Positions 31,571 through 41,843 of a stretch of 64,000 nucleotides of DNA are shown piece by piece. Numbering within the stretch: position 1 is the first letter of the stretch; each line of letters opens with the position of its first letter. Under the pieces are notes generated by a model. That model was not told where the DNA came from and did not search any database. It saw nothing but the letters and a program-made list of their open reading frames with translations. The stretch spans positions 1-64,000 of the forward strand of contig CAWGRK010000008.1 of the NCBI GenBank assembly GCA_963824995.1, given 5' to 3'. Made by a program: the position numbers and the translations under genes. This stretch comes from an uncultured Actinomycetes bacterium (GTDB lineage: Bacteria; Actinomycetota; Acidimicrobiia; Spongiisociales; DATADW01).

Positions 31571-32587
31571 TCAATGCCAGGCGATCCAATCTCCGTGGTG
31601 GTGGTAGTCGGCCAGATCGATCACCTGACGATGGTCCCTCCGGTACTCGATGAGCGAGAGCAGCGGCATTGGTGTACCGATCCACTCCATCGACAGTCGC
31701 GACACCGGGCGCCCTGCCTCCCGGAACGCGCTCTCCACGGCGCTACGGGCATCCGGAGCGAGCTGATTGAGCACCATCGAGTGGACCACGCACAATGCCG
31801 TGGCCATAGGGCATCGTGCGATCAGGCCGGGCAATTCGGCAACCGCGTCACCGGTGACCAGGTCGACCGGATGGGACCTCGCCACCTCGATCGCCGCCAG
31901 CAACCTGGTACGGCGAAGCTCCTGATCGGGCCAGACCAGCGCCTCGAGCCACATGGCGGCATCCGCGTCGGACAGGTCAACCGGATGGAGGTCTATCCCG
32001 AGTCGCCGACTCGTTCGGGGCATATCGCCCGGTACCGGTGGCGGTGTCGGTCCCCGCGGCGCGCACTCGATCCTCACAGAGGAGGCGGGGTCACCCACCT
32101 CCCCGGCCGGACCGAAGTCGTGGTGGTAACGGTCCCATCGGAGCAGGAGGCCGGCACTGGCTCCGATCTCGATCACCGCTAGCGGCTGTTCGTTTCGGGC
32201 GGCGACGACACCAAGACCCAGCATCAGCACCGCAGCGCGGGCCACCTCGTTGGTCTGCACCCGGCGTGTCTTCATGAGATGGATCAGCGCGGCGCGGTTC
32301 CGCCTGCAGAAATCGGCGAAGACCGCCCCGGTCTCCTCGTCGGGTGCACACCCGCCACCCAGCGACGGGTAATAGGCCGCCAAGGGGTGATCGGCGCCGC
32401 CGAGGAGCAGGAAGTGCGCCGCGGCAAACAGCGGGAGGACACCCGGTTGACCTGGCAGGGCCTTTGTTGCCAGATCGAGAAGGTGAGGGTCGGCGACGAC
32501 CTCGCGCCCAAGTCGCAGGTAGAGCGGGGAGTCTGCGAGCGATTCCTCCACCCAGGTGGCGAGCCTGACCGCCTTGTCGGTAGCCAC
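31571..32587 (-). CDS. DUF2332 family protein
   Basis: [41 protein letters not shown]. Confidence 0.85.
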   Translation of the reverse strand: MATDKAVRLATWVEESLADSPLYLRLGREVVADPHLLDLATKALPGQPGVLPLFAAAHFLLLGGADHPLAAYYPSLGGGCAPDEETGAVFADFCRRNRAALIHLMKTRRVQTNEVARAAVLMLGLGVVAARNEQPLAVIEIGASAGLLLRWDRYHHDFGPAGEVGDPASSVRIECAPRGPTPPPVPGDMPRTSRRLGIDLHPVDLSDADAAMWLEALVWPDQELRRTRLLAAIEVARSHPVDLVTGDAVAELPGLIARCPMATALCVVHSMVLNQLAPDARSAVESAFREAGRPVSRLSMEWIGTPMPLLSLIEYRRDHRQVIDLADYHHHGDWIAWH

Positions 32588-32625
32588 TCGGGGACCGTAG
32601 ACGCTCCCCTGGGTACTCTCCCGAC

Positions 32626-33987
32626 ATGGACGACCACAAGGACCTCTCCGCCGCGGTCAACGATGGGTTCGGCACGGTGCTGGCGCATCTGGAGACATTG
32701 ATACGCATCCCTTCGGTGAGCGCTGACGGCTTCGACCCGGCGGAGGTGCGCCGCTGTGCCGAGGCGGCGGCATCACTCGCCGGCGCCGCCGGGTTCTCCG
32801 GGGTACGGCTACTCGAGATCGATGGCGCCCACCCCGCCGTGTTCGGAGAGATCCCGGCACCGCCCGGCCAGCCGACGGTCCTCCTCTATGCCCATCACGA
32901 CGTACAGCCCCCGGGGCCTTCCGAGGAATGGGACAGCGATCCCTTCGAGCCGGTGGAGCGCGATGGTCGGCTCTACGGGCGGGGATCCTGCGACGACAAG
33001 GCGGGTATCGCGGTGCATCTGGGTGCGGTTCTCGCCCATGGTGGACGTCCTCCTGTGGGGGTCAAGGTGCTGTTCGAGGGCGAGGAGGAGATCGGGTCGC
33101 TCCACCTGACCGACTTCCTCGCCGACCATGGGGCCTCACTCGCCGCCGATGCGATCGTCATCGCCGATTCGGCGAACTGGCGGCTCGGCGAACCGGCGCT
33201 CACCACGTCGCTGCGTGGGTTGGTGGACTGCGTCGTCGAGGTGCGGACGCTGCGCAATGCTGTCCACAGCGGTCAGTTCGGCGGGGTCTACCCCGACGCC
33301 ATCATGTGCCTGGTGCGAATGCTCGCCACGCTCCACGACGACAGCGGCAACGTGGCTATTGAGGGTTTGGCGAGAAGCGAGGCCGACCCACTCGACCTGA
33401 CGGAGGAGGAATTAGCCGATCAGGCCGGGGTGCTTCCCGGTGTCCGGCCCATCGGCGAGGGAGGGCTTACCAGCCGTCTGTGGACACGTCCGGCGGTGTC
33501 GATCCTGGCAGTGGACGCGCCACCCGTGATCGGGGCGATCAACCAACTGGTCCCGGTTGCCCGCGCCAAGGTCAGCCTGCGGATCGCACCAGGCCAGGAC
33601 CCCGATGCAGCCGCCGAAGCGCTCCGCCGCCACCTCGAGTCCGCCGTCCCGTGGGGTGCGCAGGTGACCGTCCACGGAGGCGCCAAGGGCGCCGCGGTGT
33701 CGTTAGCCGGAGAGAACGCCACGTCCGAGGCATACCGGCGGGCGATGCGGACCGTGTGGGGGCGCGATCCGGTCGACATCGGTGTCGGCGGCACCATCCC
33801 ATTCGTCTCTGCGTTTGCCGATTCGTTCCCGGGTGCGGACATCCTGCTCACCGGAGCGGCCGACCCCATGTCGGGCGCTCACGGGCCGAACGAGAGTCTC
33901 GACCTGGACGAACTCCGCCGGAGCGTGCTGGCCGAGGCAGTGGCGTTCCGGGTCCTCGCCGGAGACGGGGTCAGTCCGGCTGGGTAG
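32626..33987 (+). CDS. M20 family dipeptidase
   Basis: [37 protein letters not shown]. Confidence 0.93.
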   Translation: MDDHKDLSAAVNDGFGTVLAHLETLIRIPSVSADGFDPAEVRRCAEAAASLAGAAGFSGVRLLEIDGAHPAVFGEIPAPPGQPTVLLYAHHDVQPPGPSEEWDSDPFEPVERDGRLYGRGSCDDKAGIAVHLGAVLAHGGRPPVGVKVLFEGEEEIGSLHLTDFLADHGASLAADAIVIADSANWRLGEPALTTSLRGLVDCVVEVRTLRNAVHSGQFGGVYPDAIMCLVRMLATLHDDSGNVAIEGLARSEADPLDLTEEELADQAGVLPGVRPIGEGGLTSRLWTRPAVSILAVDAPPVIGAINQLVPVARAKVSLRIAPGQDPDAAAEALRRHLESAVPWGAQVTVHGGAKGAAVSLAGENATSEAYRRAMRTVWGRDPVDIGVGGTIPFVSAFADSFPGADILLTGAADPMSGAHGPNESLDLDELRRSVLAEAVAFRVLAGDGVSPAG

Positions 33988-34447
33988 CGCCGCGAAATCC
34001 CGTTTGACGCCAGCCCTCGTAGACCGCAATTGCGGCGGCGCTGGCCAGATTGAGGCTCCTTCCCTCCGGCGTCATCGGTATGCGGACCCTCTCTGCGACC
34101 CGGGGGTCGGAGAGGACCGACTCGGGCAGACCCACCGACTCCTTGCCGAAGACGAGGGCATCACCGGGCCGGTACGACAAATCGGCGTACGAGGTTGAAG
34201 CGTGCCCGGTGAATGCGACTACCCGATCGGGGGCTTCTTCGCTCAGGAAGTCCTGCCAGGAGCGATGAACCCGGAACACGGCACGCTCCCGATAGTCGAG
34301 CCCAGCACGACGCAACCGGGCGTCATCGAGGGTGAACGAGAACGGTTCCACCAGGTGGAGAGTGCAGCCCGTGTTGGCGCAGAGCCGCATGATGCTCCCG
34401 GCATTGGGAGCTATCTCGGGCTCGTGGAGGACGATGCGGAAGAGCAA
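33971..34447 (-). CDS. trmL: tRNA (cytidine/uridine-34 2'-O)-methyltransferase (SPOUT)
   Basis: [34 protein letters not shown]. Confidence 0.92.
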   Translation of the reverse strand: MLFRIVLHEPEIAPNAGSIMRLCANTGCTLHLVEPFSFTLDDARLRRAGLDYRERAVFRVHRSWQDFLSEEAPDRVVAFTGHASTSYADLSYRPGDALVFGKESVGLPESVLSDPRVAERVRIPMTPEGRSLNLASAAAIAVYEGWRQTGFRGATQPD

Positions 34448-34454
34448 GGCGTAA

Positions 34455-34682
34455 TGAGTTCTGGGTATTGAGTACTGGGTACGAGTTCCTGAATTATGGG
34501 TGATCGACCCCTCGATGGGTCAGGTTCCGACGCCCAAGCAGCACCGCCACAGTCACCAGAACCGACCAAGCAGCCGCTGCCGACGAAATTCAGTACCCAG
34601 TACCCAGTAACCAGTACCCAGTGCTCAGTGCTCAGTGCTCAGTACCCAGTGCTCAGTAGCTCAGTACCCAGTGCTCAGTACC
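34455..34682. repeat. Inverted pair of heptamer arrays (CAGTACC/CAGTGCT) flanking about 90 bp of unique DNA
   Basis: About 13 units at 34591-34682; reverse-complement degenerate units (tgagttc tgggtat tgagtac tgggtac) at 34455-34495. Confidence 0.85.
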
Positions 34683-34708
34683 CGTATCCCGCCGCCAGGC
34701 GGGATACG
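34683..34708. repeat. Perfect 11-bp stem-loop
   Basis: CGTATCCCGCC-gcca-GGCGGGATACG. Confidence 0.7.
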
Positions 34709-34735
34709 TTCTGGCTTCTCCTACGATGCCCGGCC

Positions 34736-35488
34736 ATGGATGTTGCGGCGCGAGCTGTCGGTGCGGTCAAGGTCTACGGAGAAGGGGCGACCGCGGTTCG
34801 CTGCCCTGGACGGCGTGTCCGTCGAGTTCGGCAAGGGGGAATTCACCGCCATCATGGGGCCCTCGGGGTCGGGGAAGTCGACACTCCTCCATTGCCTCGC
34901 TGGACTCGACTGGCTCACCGGCGGTGAGGTTTGGATCGGCGACCAGCGCCTCGGTGATCTCAGCGACCGCGACCTGACCCGGCTGAGACGCGACCGGGTC
35001 GGGTTCATCTTCCAGGCATACAACCTCATCCCGACTCTCGATGCAGAAGAGAACATCACGCTCCCCATGGACATCGCGGGCCGCAAGCCCGACCAGGCAT
35101 GGGTCGATCAGGTCGTGGGGACACTCCGGCTCGAGGACCGCCTCGACCACCGTCCCTCCCAGCTCTCCGGCGGGCAGCAACAGCGGGTGGCGGCGGCGCG
35201 TGCCCTTCCTCCCGCCCCGAGATCGTCTTCGCAGACGAGCCGAGCGGCAACCTCGACTCCCGCTCCGGCGCTGAGCTGCTCCAGTTCCTTCGACATGCCG
35301 TCAGCGAATTCGGTCAGACGATCGTGATGGTCACCCACGACCCGAGCGCAGCCGCCTACGCCGACCGCGTGGTCTTTCTGGGAGATGGGCGGGTGTCGGG
35401 CGAGCTCGCCCAACCAACTCGGGAATCGGTGCTTGACCGGATCAAAGAGCTCGAGAGAACCGAGCCAGCGGCAAGCACGGCCGGCTGA
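34736..35488 (+). CDS. MacB/LolD-type ABC ATP-binding protein, two frameshifts (near 34801 and 35207)
   Basis: VKVYGEG / ALDGVS..GPSGSGKST..QLSGGQQQRVA / RPEIVFADEPSGNLD..VTHD lie in three successive frame segments. Confidence 0.88.
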
Positions 35489-35491
35489 CCT

Positions 35492-38017
35492 GTGCTCCGC
35501 GTCGCCTGGAAGGGCCTCTTGGGCCACAAGGTCCGCTTCGCCCTGACCACTCTCGCCGTTGTGCTCGGGGTCGCCTTCGTGGTGGGTTCCTTCGTCTTCA
35601 CCGACACTCTGGGGCGTGCGTTCGACAACCTGTTCACCGATGCTTTTGCCGGTACCGATGTCACGGTGAGGGCCACCCAGGGTCTCGAGGAGCTGGGGGC
35701 TGAGCCGGTCCGCCTCCCGGACGACCTACTGGGGGATATCGAGGCGGTGGAAGGGGTGGACGAGGCGTGGGGATCGGTCGCCGGGTTGGTGCAGGTGACC
35801 AGCGGGGGAGCCCAGCCTGGGAGCGCATTCGGCCCGCCGACTCTCGCCTTTTCCTGGCAGGAGACCGACCGGCCCGGCCCGTTCGAGCTGCGCAGCGGCC
35901 GTGGTCCTGAGGCACCCGGGGAAGTGGTCATCGACGCCGCCCTTGCCGCTGACCTCGATGACCCCACCACCGTGGAGTTGGGCTTCGGGGGGCGTCCAGA
36001 AGAGTGGACCGTCGTGGGCGTCGCCGGGTTCGGCGACCAGGACTCGCTGGGTGGCGCCGGCTTCGTGCTCTTCGAGTTGGCGGAACTCCAGGATCAACTC
36101 GACGCGATCGGTGAGCTGGACACGATCGATGTGGCGGCTGCTCCCGATGTGGAAGTCGAGGAGTTGGTCGAGCGGATCAGCGATGTCCTCCCTCAAGGGA
36201 CGGAGGCGGTCTCATCGCAAAGCGTCGCTCAGGAGCAAGCGGCGCAGTTCCAGGAGGCGCTCGGCTTCTTCAACACCTTTCTCCTCGTCTTCGCCGGTAT
36301 CTCGCTCTTCGTCTCCACGTTCATCATCCAGAACACATTCCGGATCGTGGTGGCCCAGCGCACCCAGGAACTGGCATTGCTTCGTGCGGTCGGGGCGAGC
36401 GGCGGGCAGGTCACCCGGATGGTGCTGACCGAGGCGGCATTGGTCGGGTTGTTGGCGTCGGCGATCGGATTGTTGCTCGGGCTGGGCCTCGCCCTGGGGG
36501 TGCGGTGGCTGATCGACCGCCTCGGCGTCTCGCTCCCCGAAGGTGACCTCGTCGTGGAGCCGAGAACGCTCCTGGTGGCGGCTGGCGTCGGACTGGTAGT
36601 GACCCTCATCTCGGCCGTGCTGCCCGCATTGCGCGCCGCTCGGGTCCCTCCGGTGGCGGCGATGCGTCTCGCCGAGCCCTCGGGCCGGGAGACCACGGGC
36701 CGGCCGCTGATCGGACTGGCAATCGCCTTGGCTGGAGCCACCGCGGTTGCCATCGGGTTGTTCGTGAACCAGGACGTCCTCACCCCCATCACCCTGGTTG
36801 GCGGCGGTGTCGCCGTCCTCTTCATCGGGTTGGCTGCTCTCTCCCCGCTCCTGGCGAGGCCGGTAGTGGCGGTGTTGGGTGGACCGCTCGGAGCGGTTTC
36901 CGGGATCCCGGGACGTCTGGCAGAGCGCAACGCCAAACGCAGCCCGCGCCGGACAGCGGCAACCGGGGCAGCATTGATGATCGGTGTGGCGCTGGTGACC
37001 ACGGCGCTCGTGCTGGCGGCCTCGTTCCGGGCGACGATCAACGAGGCTCTAGAGGGAACCTTCACCTTCGACTTGGCGGTGACCACCGCCGGGTTCGGAC
37101 CTCCGGGTTCGGGGCTCGACCCGTCATTGGGCGACGAGTTGGAGGCGCTACCAGAGGTGGACGAGCTAGGACGGGTCAAGTCGTCGGTCGCCGAGGGCGA
37201 GGGCGAGGACACGCTGTTCGTGGCGGCGGTGGATCCGATCCTGGTCGACATGTTGGGGGTAGAAACGGTCGGGGGCGACCTCGATGATCTCGGGATCGGG
37301 TCCATCGCCGTCGCCGAGAGCGCCGGAGTCTCGCTGGGCGAGACCGTCCAGATCACCTTCCCGGCCGCGGGTGAGACCGAACTCGAGGTGGTGGCCGTGT
37401 GGCGGGCCGATCAGATCCCGGCGGAGTGGTTGCTCGAACCTGGCGTCCTCGAGGACCTTTCGGGAGTCACCGATGACACCGGCATCTACCTCCGGTTGGC
37501 CGACGGGGTCGACCCGGTGGCCGGCAGGGAGGCGGTGGAGGCCGTGGTAGTCGAGTACCCCCAGGCGCAGGTGCTCGACCAGGGCGAACTGCGACAGCAG
37601 GCCGAAACCGGCGTCAACGCCCTTCTCGGGCTGATCTTCGGGCTGCTCGGCCTGGCGGTGATCATCGCCCTCTTCGGAATCACCGACACTCTCTCGCTCT
37701 CGGTGATCGAGCGAACGCGGGAACTCGGCCTGCTGCGCGCCGTCGGCATGAGCCGCTCGCAGGTCCGCAGCATGGTCAGGTGGGAGTCGGTGATCATCTC
37801 GCTGTTCGGGACGCTGCTCGGCGCCGTGGTCGGGATCGGGTTCGGTTGGGCGGTCGTCCGGGCGTTGGCGGAGGACGGTCTCACCAGCTTCGCGGTCCCC
37901 TGGGGTCAGATCATCATCGCACTGGTCGTGGCTGCGCTGGCCGGCGTCGTGGCCGCCATCTTCCCGGCGCGCCGCGCTGCTCGGGTTGACGTCCTCAGCG
38001 CCATCGCATACGAGTAG
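35492..38017 (+). CDS. FtsX/MacB-like ABC permease (duplicated)
   Basis: NTFRIVVAQRTQELALLRAVGA and SVIERTRELGLLRAVGM repeats. Confidence 0.93.
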   Translation: MLRVAWKGLLGHKVRFALTTLAVVLGVAFVVGSFVFTDTLGRAFDNLFTDAFAGTDVTVRATQGLEELGAEPVRLPDDLLGDIEAVEGVDEAWGSVAGLVQVTSGGAQPGSAFGPPTLAFSWQETDRPGPFELRSGRGPEAPGEVVIDAALAADLDDPTTVELGFGGRPEEWTVVGVAGFGDQDSLGGAGFVLFELAELQDQLDAIGELDTIDVAAAPDVEVEELVERISDVLPQGTEAVSSQSVAQEQAAQFQEALGFFNTFLLVFAGISLFVSTFIIQNTFRIVVAQRTQELALLRAVGASGGQVTRMVLTEAALVGLLASAIGLLLGLGLALGVRWLIDRLGVSLPEGDLVVEPRTLLVAAGVGLVVTLISAVLPALRAARVPPVAAMRLAEPSGRETTGRPLIGLAIALAGATAVAIGLFVNQDVLTPITLVGGGVAVLFIGLAALSPLLARPVVAVLGGPLGAVSGIPGRLAERNAKRSPRRTAATGAALMIGVALVTTALVLAASFRATINEALEGTFTFDLAVTTAGFGPPGSGLDPSLGDELEALPEVDELGRVKSSVAEGEGEDTLFVAAVDPILVDMLGVETVGGDLDDLGIGSIAVAESAGVSLGETVQITFPAAGETELEVVAVWRADQIPAEWLLEPGVLEDLSGVTDDTGIYLRLADGVDPVAGREAVEAVVVEYPQAQVLDQGELRQQAETGVNALLGLIFGLLGLAVIIALFGITDTLSLSVIERTRELGLLRAVGMSRSQVRSMVRWESVIISLFGTLLGAVVGIGFGWAVVRALAEDGLTSFAVPWGQIIIALVVAALAGVVAAIFPARRAARVDVLSAIAYE

Positions 38018-38020
38018 CGC

Positions 38021-38476
38021 TCAACTGTCGGTGACCGGAACCAGCTTGGCCACCAGCCGGACAAAGAACTCGGCTTCCTCGTTGCTGATGACGTCGCCGA
38101 AGTGACGCTTGACCCCCCTGAGGTGGACTCCCGAGGCTCTCCGCAGCGTGTCCCTCCCCTGGTCGGTGAGCCGCACCACGGTCCCGCGCCGATCGTCGGT
38201 GGCGCCGTCGCGCACCAGCAAACCGGCGCGCTCGAGTCGTTCGACGAATCGGGTGGTGGCACTACGACTCAAGAGAAGCGACGATGCCAGCCGGTGCATC
38301 CGCACTTCTCCCCCGGCCTCTGTCAACTGGACCAGCACGTCATACCAGGACAGCGGTAGACCTCTCTCTTCTCTGAGTTCCTTTTCCAGTTGCCGTGTGA
38401 TCGAAGAATGGGCCTCAAGGAAACCACGCCAGGCGCGAAGCTTGAGAGCAGAGAGTTGGTCCGCCACCGCCCGCAC
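38021..38476 (-). CDS. MarR family transcriptional regulator
   Basis: WYDVLVQL, LSRSATTR, DRRG, LTDQG. Confidence 0.92.
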   Translation of the reverse strand: MRAVADQLSALKLRAWRGFLEAHSSITRQLEKELREERGLPLSWYDVLVQLTEAGGEVRMHRLASSLLLSRSATTRFVERLERAGLLVRDGATDDRRGTVVRLTDQGRDTLRRASGVHLRGVKRHFGDVISNEEAEFFVRLVAKLVPVTDS

Positions 38477-38637
38477 GATACCGGTTGCCTCCGTGTTCTT
38501 TCCGGAGCGGCTTTCCGGTATTTTCTTGCCCTGAGGTGACCCGGCTCATGCGTTTCCGGATCTGACGGCGAAGTTCGTCCGGGCGGCTTTCTGACCCACG
38601 GCGCCCGCCAATTCCCCGGCGGGCACATACTGGCGGC

Positions 38638-39852
38638 GTGCCGACAGCCATATTTCTCTTCTTCGCCGCGTTCGTTGCGCTCAACACGGTCAATGCTCTA
38701 CGGCCCCCGGCGACCCATCGCTCATGGTGGGCGAGGCCGCCCTGGTTCCCCACGCTCTTCGCCTCCGAGTTGGCGCCGATGAGGGTGGTGGTAGGGGTCG
38801 CCGTCACCGCCGCCTACATGGCTGCCGGAGGCGGGAAGACACCGATCGGGCGGTTCGCCGTCGGGCTCATGGGGGCGGCGATGCTGGGTTCCGGCGCGGT
38901 CATCGTGATCGCCGCTCGGGCCGGTGCCGCCGCCGAGGCCGCCCTGAGCGAACCGCCGGGGCCGGGAGCCGCCGCCGTCCGCCGGCGGCATCCCCGGCGC
39001 GGACCGGGGACGCACTGGCTCCAGGCAATTACCGGATGGCCCTACTCGGTGCCCGTCGGCGTCGAGCGCCTCGAAGACATCACCTACACGCAGGGGTACG
39101 CGCTCGACGTATATCGCCCCGAGACGCCGGGGACCCAACCGCGCCCCGCCCTGCTCTATGTCCACGGCGGGAGTTGGAGCAACGGTGACAAACGGCGGTC
39201 GGGGATGCCGCTGATCCACCATCTGGCCGAGGCAGGATGGGTGGTCGTCGTGCCCAATTACCCGCTCAGCCCGAAGGCCACCTTTCCCGACCACCTGATC
39301 GGACTGAAGCGCGTCCTCGTCTGGATGAGGACGCATGGCCAGGAGTTCGGAATCGACGCAGGCGCCGTCGCCGTCGCCGGTGGTTCCTCGGGCGCCCATC
39401 TCGCCGCACTCCTTGCTCTGACGCCCGGCGAGGAGCGCTACCAGCCAGGGTTCGAGAGCGCCGACACCTCGGTCCAGGCAGCGGCGGTCTTCTATGGGGT
39501 CTACGACCTGCTCAACCGCAACCGCACCCGCGACGACTGGCCGGTGATACCCCGCGTCCTGATGAAACGCCGCCGATCCGAGGATCCGACGGCCTTCCAC
39601 GAGGCCTCCCCGCTCGATCAGGTCGGGCTACAGGCGCCACCGTTCCTCGTGGTGCACGGCGCCAGCGACTCGCTGGTCCCGGCGAAAGAGAGCATCCAAT
39701 TCGCCGATGCGCTGCGTGTTGTCTCGGCTCGAGAGGTCGTATACCTCGAGGTGGCCGGTGCCACCCACGGATTCGACAGCATTCCCTCGTTCCGCACCCA
39801 ATCCGTCGTGCGGGGGGTGCGCCGTTTCCTGGAGCGGGCGCTTTACCGCTGA
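38638..39852 (+). CDS. Membrane-anchored alpha/beta hydrolase (HSL-like esterase)
   Basis: YVHGGSW, GGSSGAHL nucleophile elbow, HGASDSLVP, ATHGFD. Confidence 0.9.
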   Translation: MPTAIFLFFAAFVALNTVNALRPPATHRSWWARPPWFPTLFASELAPMRVVVGVAVTAAYMAAGGGKTPIGRFAVGLMGAAMLGSGAVIVIAARAGAAAEAALSEPPGPGAAAVRRRHPRRGPGTHWLQAITGWPYSVPVGVERLEDITYTQGYALDVYRPETPGTQPRPALLYVHGGSWSNGDKRRSGMPLIHHLAEAGWVVVVPNYPLSPKATFPDHLIGLKRVLVWMRTHGQEFGIDAGAVAVAGGSSGAHLAALLALTPGEERYQPGFESADTSVQAAAVFYGVYDLLNRNRTRDDWPVIPRVLMKRRRSEDPTAFHEASPLDQVGLQAPPFLVVHGASDSLVPAKESIQFADALRVVSAREVVYLEVAGATHGFDSIPSFRTQSVVRGVRRFLERALYR

Positions 39853-39859
39853 TTGGTGC

Positions 39860-41746
39860 TCAGACCGAGATCACCAATCCCCCGTAGCTCTCGACACCTT
39901 CGATCGAGATGCCATCCCGACCAGCAGCCACGGCACCGGCTCCCCACAACACTTTGGGATCGGTGGAGGACACGTCGAGGCGGACCGGCGGGATTGCGTT
40001 CCCCCTGGTGAGCACCACCAATAGCCTCTCCGATTGGTGGCTGCGCAGATACGCGAACCCGTCGCCTTCCCACCACAACGGGGTCCAGTCACCCAGCCGC
40101 AACGCCGGGTGATGACGGCGCAACATCCCCAACTCGGCGGTGATAGCCAGCAGGCGCCTGTCCCATGTGTCCTCGTCCTCCCAGGGAAAGGTGCCCCGGC
40201 TCCCCGGGTCGTCGCCGCCGGTCATCCCCACCTCGTCGCCGTAGTAGATCCCCGGAGCGCCTGGCATCGTCATCTGGAAAATGGTGGCGGCATGCAGCCG
40301 TTGGGGGTCACCTGCGCACAGATGGCGGAATCGCGGCCGGTCGTGGCTGGAGAGCAAGTTCTGGCTGGCTTCGACGGCCGCTTTCGGATAGCCCGCCAGC
40401 ATCCGGGTGAGCCCTGCCGCCAACCTGTCCCCATCGAGCGACCGGTCGGCGAAGAACCGCACCGCCAGGTCGCGGAATGTGTAGTTCATGGTGCCGTCGA
40501 AGGCGTCGCCCTCCAGCCATGGGCTTGCGTCGCCCATGACCTCGCAGAGGAGATAGGCATCAGAGCGGACCGCACGCACCGCCCGGCGCAATTCCGGCCA
40601 GAGGTCGTCGTCCACGTAACGGGCGACGTCCATCCGCCACCCGTCGATCCCGAATTCCTCCAACCACGATGCGGCCACCTCGAGCACATAGGCACGGGCG
40701 TCTGGGTTCGACACGTCGAGCCTTGGCATGGTGGCCACCCCGTACCACGCCTCGTATGTGGGCTCGGAGAGCGGGCCATCGTCGTCGATCTCCTCGACCG
40801 GGATGCCGGTCTGTGCCGCCAGCCGCGCCACGTACTCCCGGTAACCCTCAGGGTCGCGGCTGAGCCGCTCGGTGAGGTGGGGTCGGTGGCGGATGCGGAG
40901 CGGGTGCTCGGCCACGACAAACCAGTCGTTGTACGGAGAGGCGGCCCCTTTCTCGACCACATCGGCAAAGGCGAAGAATTTCGGGTGGACGTGGTTGAAC
41001 GACACGTCGAGGATGATCCGCATCCCCCTGTCGTGAACCTCTTCCACCAGCCGCCGAAGGGCTTCGTTGCCCCCGAAGCGGTCGTCGACATTGCGGTAGT
41101 CGACAGTGTCATAGCCGTGCGTCGAGGGTGAGACGAAGATCGGGTTGAGATAGATCACGTCCACGCCGAGCCGCTCGATGTGATGGAGACGCTCGAGGAC
41201 GCCTGCCAGGTCCCCGCCCTGGAAGCGGAGCCAGTGCGGGGGTTCGTCCCATGGGACCACACCGTCGGGGTCGTTGTCGGGATCACCGTTGGCGAAGCGT
41301 TCCGGGAAGATCTGATAGATGACCGCTCCGCGCGCCCACTCGGGCACGTCGAACACGCTCAGGGCTGTCAGATCCACCTGCCAGCGGTCGAGTCGCTCCA
41401 CGGCGTTGGAGACCCCGGCCCTGGTCAGGTATACGGGTTCGCCGTCCTCGGTACGGAGGGCGAAGGTGTAACGGATCGCACGCCCATCGGGAGCTATGAC
41501 CACTTCCCAATAGCGGCTCGAGCCGTCCTGCCCCCACATCGTCATCTCCAGGCCTGCGACATCCCGACCTTGGCTGATGACCAGGGTGGCGGTGGCGATG
41601 TCCGACTCGGTGCGAAGCCTCACCCGCACCTGCTTTCCGGGGAGGAGGTCGAGCGAGTTGCGCCGCGACGGGTCGTGATGCCAGAGGCGTGGGTAGAGGT
41701 TGCCCTCCTCGCCGAACCACCGGATGTCCGCTTCGTCGCCGCGCAT
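39860..41746 (-). CDS. GH13 alpha-amylase family (neopullulanase/cyclomaltodextrinase-like)
   Basis: YQIFPERF, GGDLAG, HGYDT, DVSFNH, DGWRMDVA, CEV, SSHD, YYGDE; start moved to ATG 41746. Confidence 0.93.
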   Translation of the reverse strand: MRGDEADIRWFGEEGNLYPRLWHHDPSRRNSLDLLPGKQVRVRLRTESDIATATLVISQGRDVAGLEMTMWGQDGSSRYWEVVIAPDGRAIRYTFALRTEDGEPVYLTRAGVSNAVERLDRWQVDLTALSVFDVPEWARGAVIYQIFPERFANGDPDNDPDGVVPWDEPPHWLRFQGGDLAGVLERLHHIERLGVDVIYLNPIFVSPSTHGYDTVDYRNVDDRFGGNEALRRLVEEVHDRGMRIILDVSFNHVHPKFFAFADVVEKGAASPYNDWFVVAEHPLRIRHRPHLTERLSRDPEGYREYVARLAAQTGIPVEEIDDDGPLSEPTYEAWYGVATMPRLDVSNPDARAYVLEVAASWLEEFGIDGWRMDVARYVDDDLWPELRRAVRAVRSDAYLLCEVMGDASPWLEGDAFDGTMNYTFRDLAVRFFADRSLDGDRLAAGLTRMLAGYPKAAVEASQNLLSSHDRPRFRHLCAGDPQRLHAATIFQMTMPGAPGIYYGDEVGMTGGDDPGSRGTFPWEDEDTWDRRLLAITAELGMLRRHHPALRLGDWTPLWWEGDGFAYLRSHQSERLLVVLTRGNAIPPVRLDVSSTDPKVLWGAGAVAAGRDGISIEGVESYGGLVISV

Positions 41747-41843
41747 TGATGGTCCGCCTCGGGGTGCCGATGTTACCGATGGCCGCCTGCATCCCTTCAG
41801 AGGCTGACTAATTTCGATCCGACGTCGACGGCTGGGATGGGAA

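Noticed and set aside
34496..34927. 143-aa ORF containing STQYPVTSTQCSVLSAQ repeats
   Set aside because: It is a translation of the heptamer array fused to the frameshifted ABC ATPase start.
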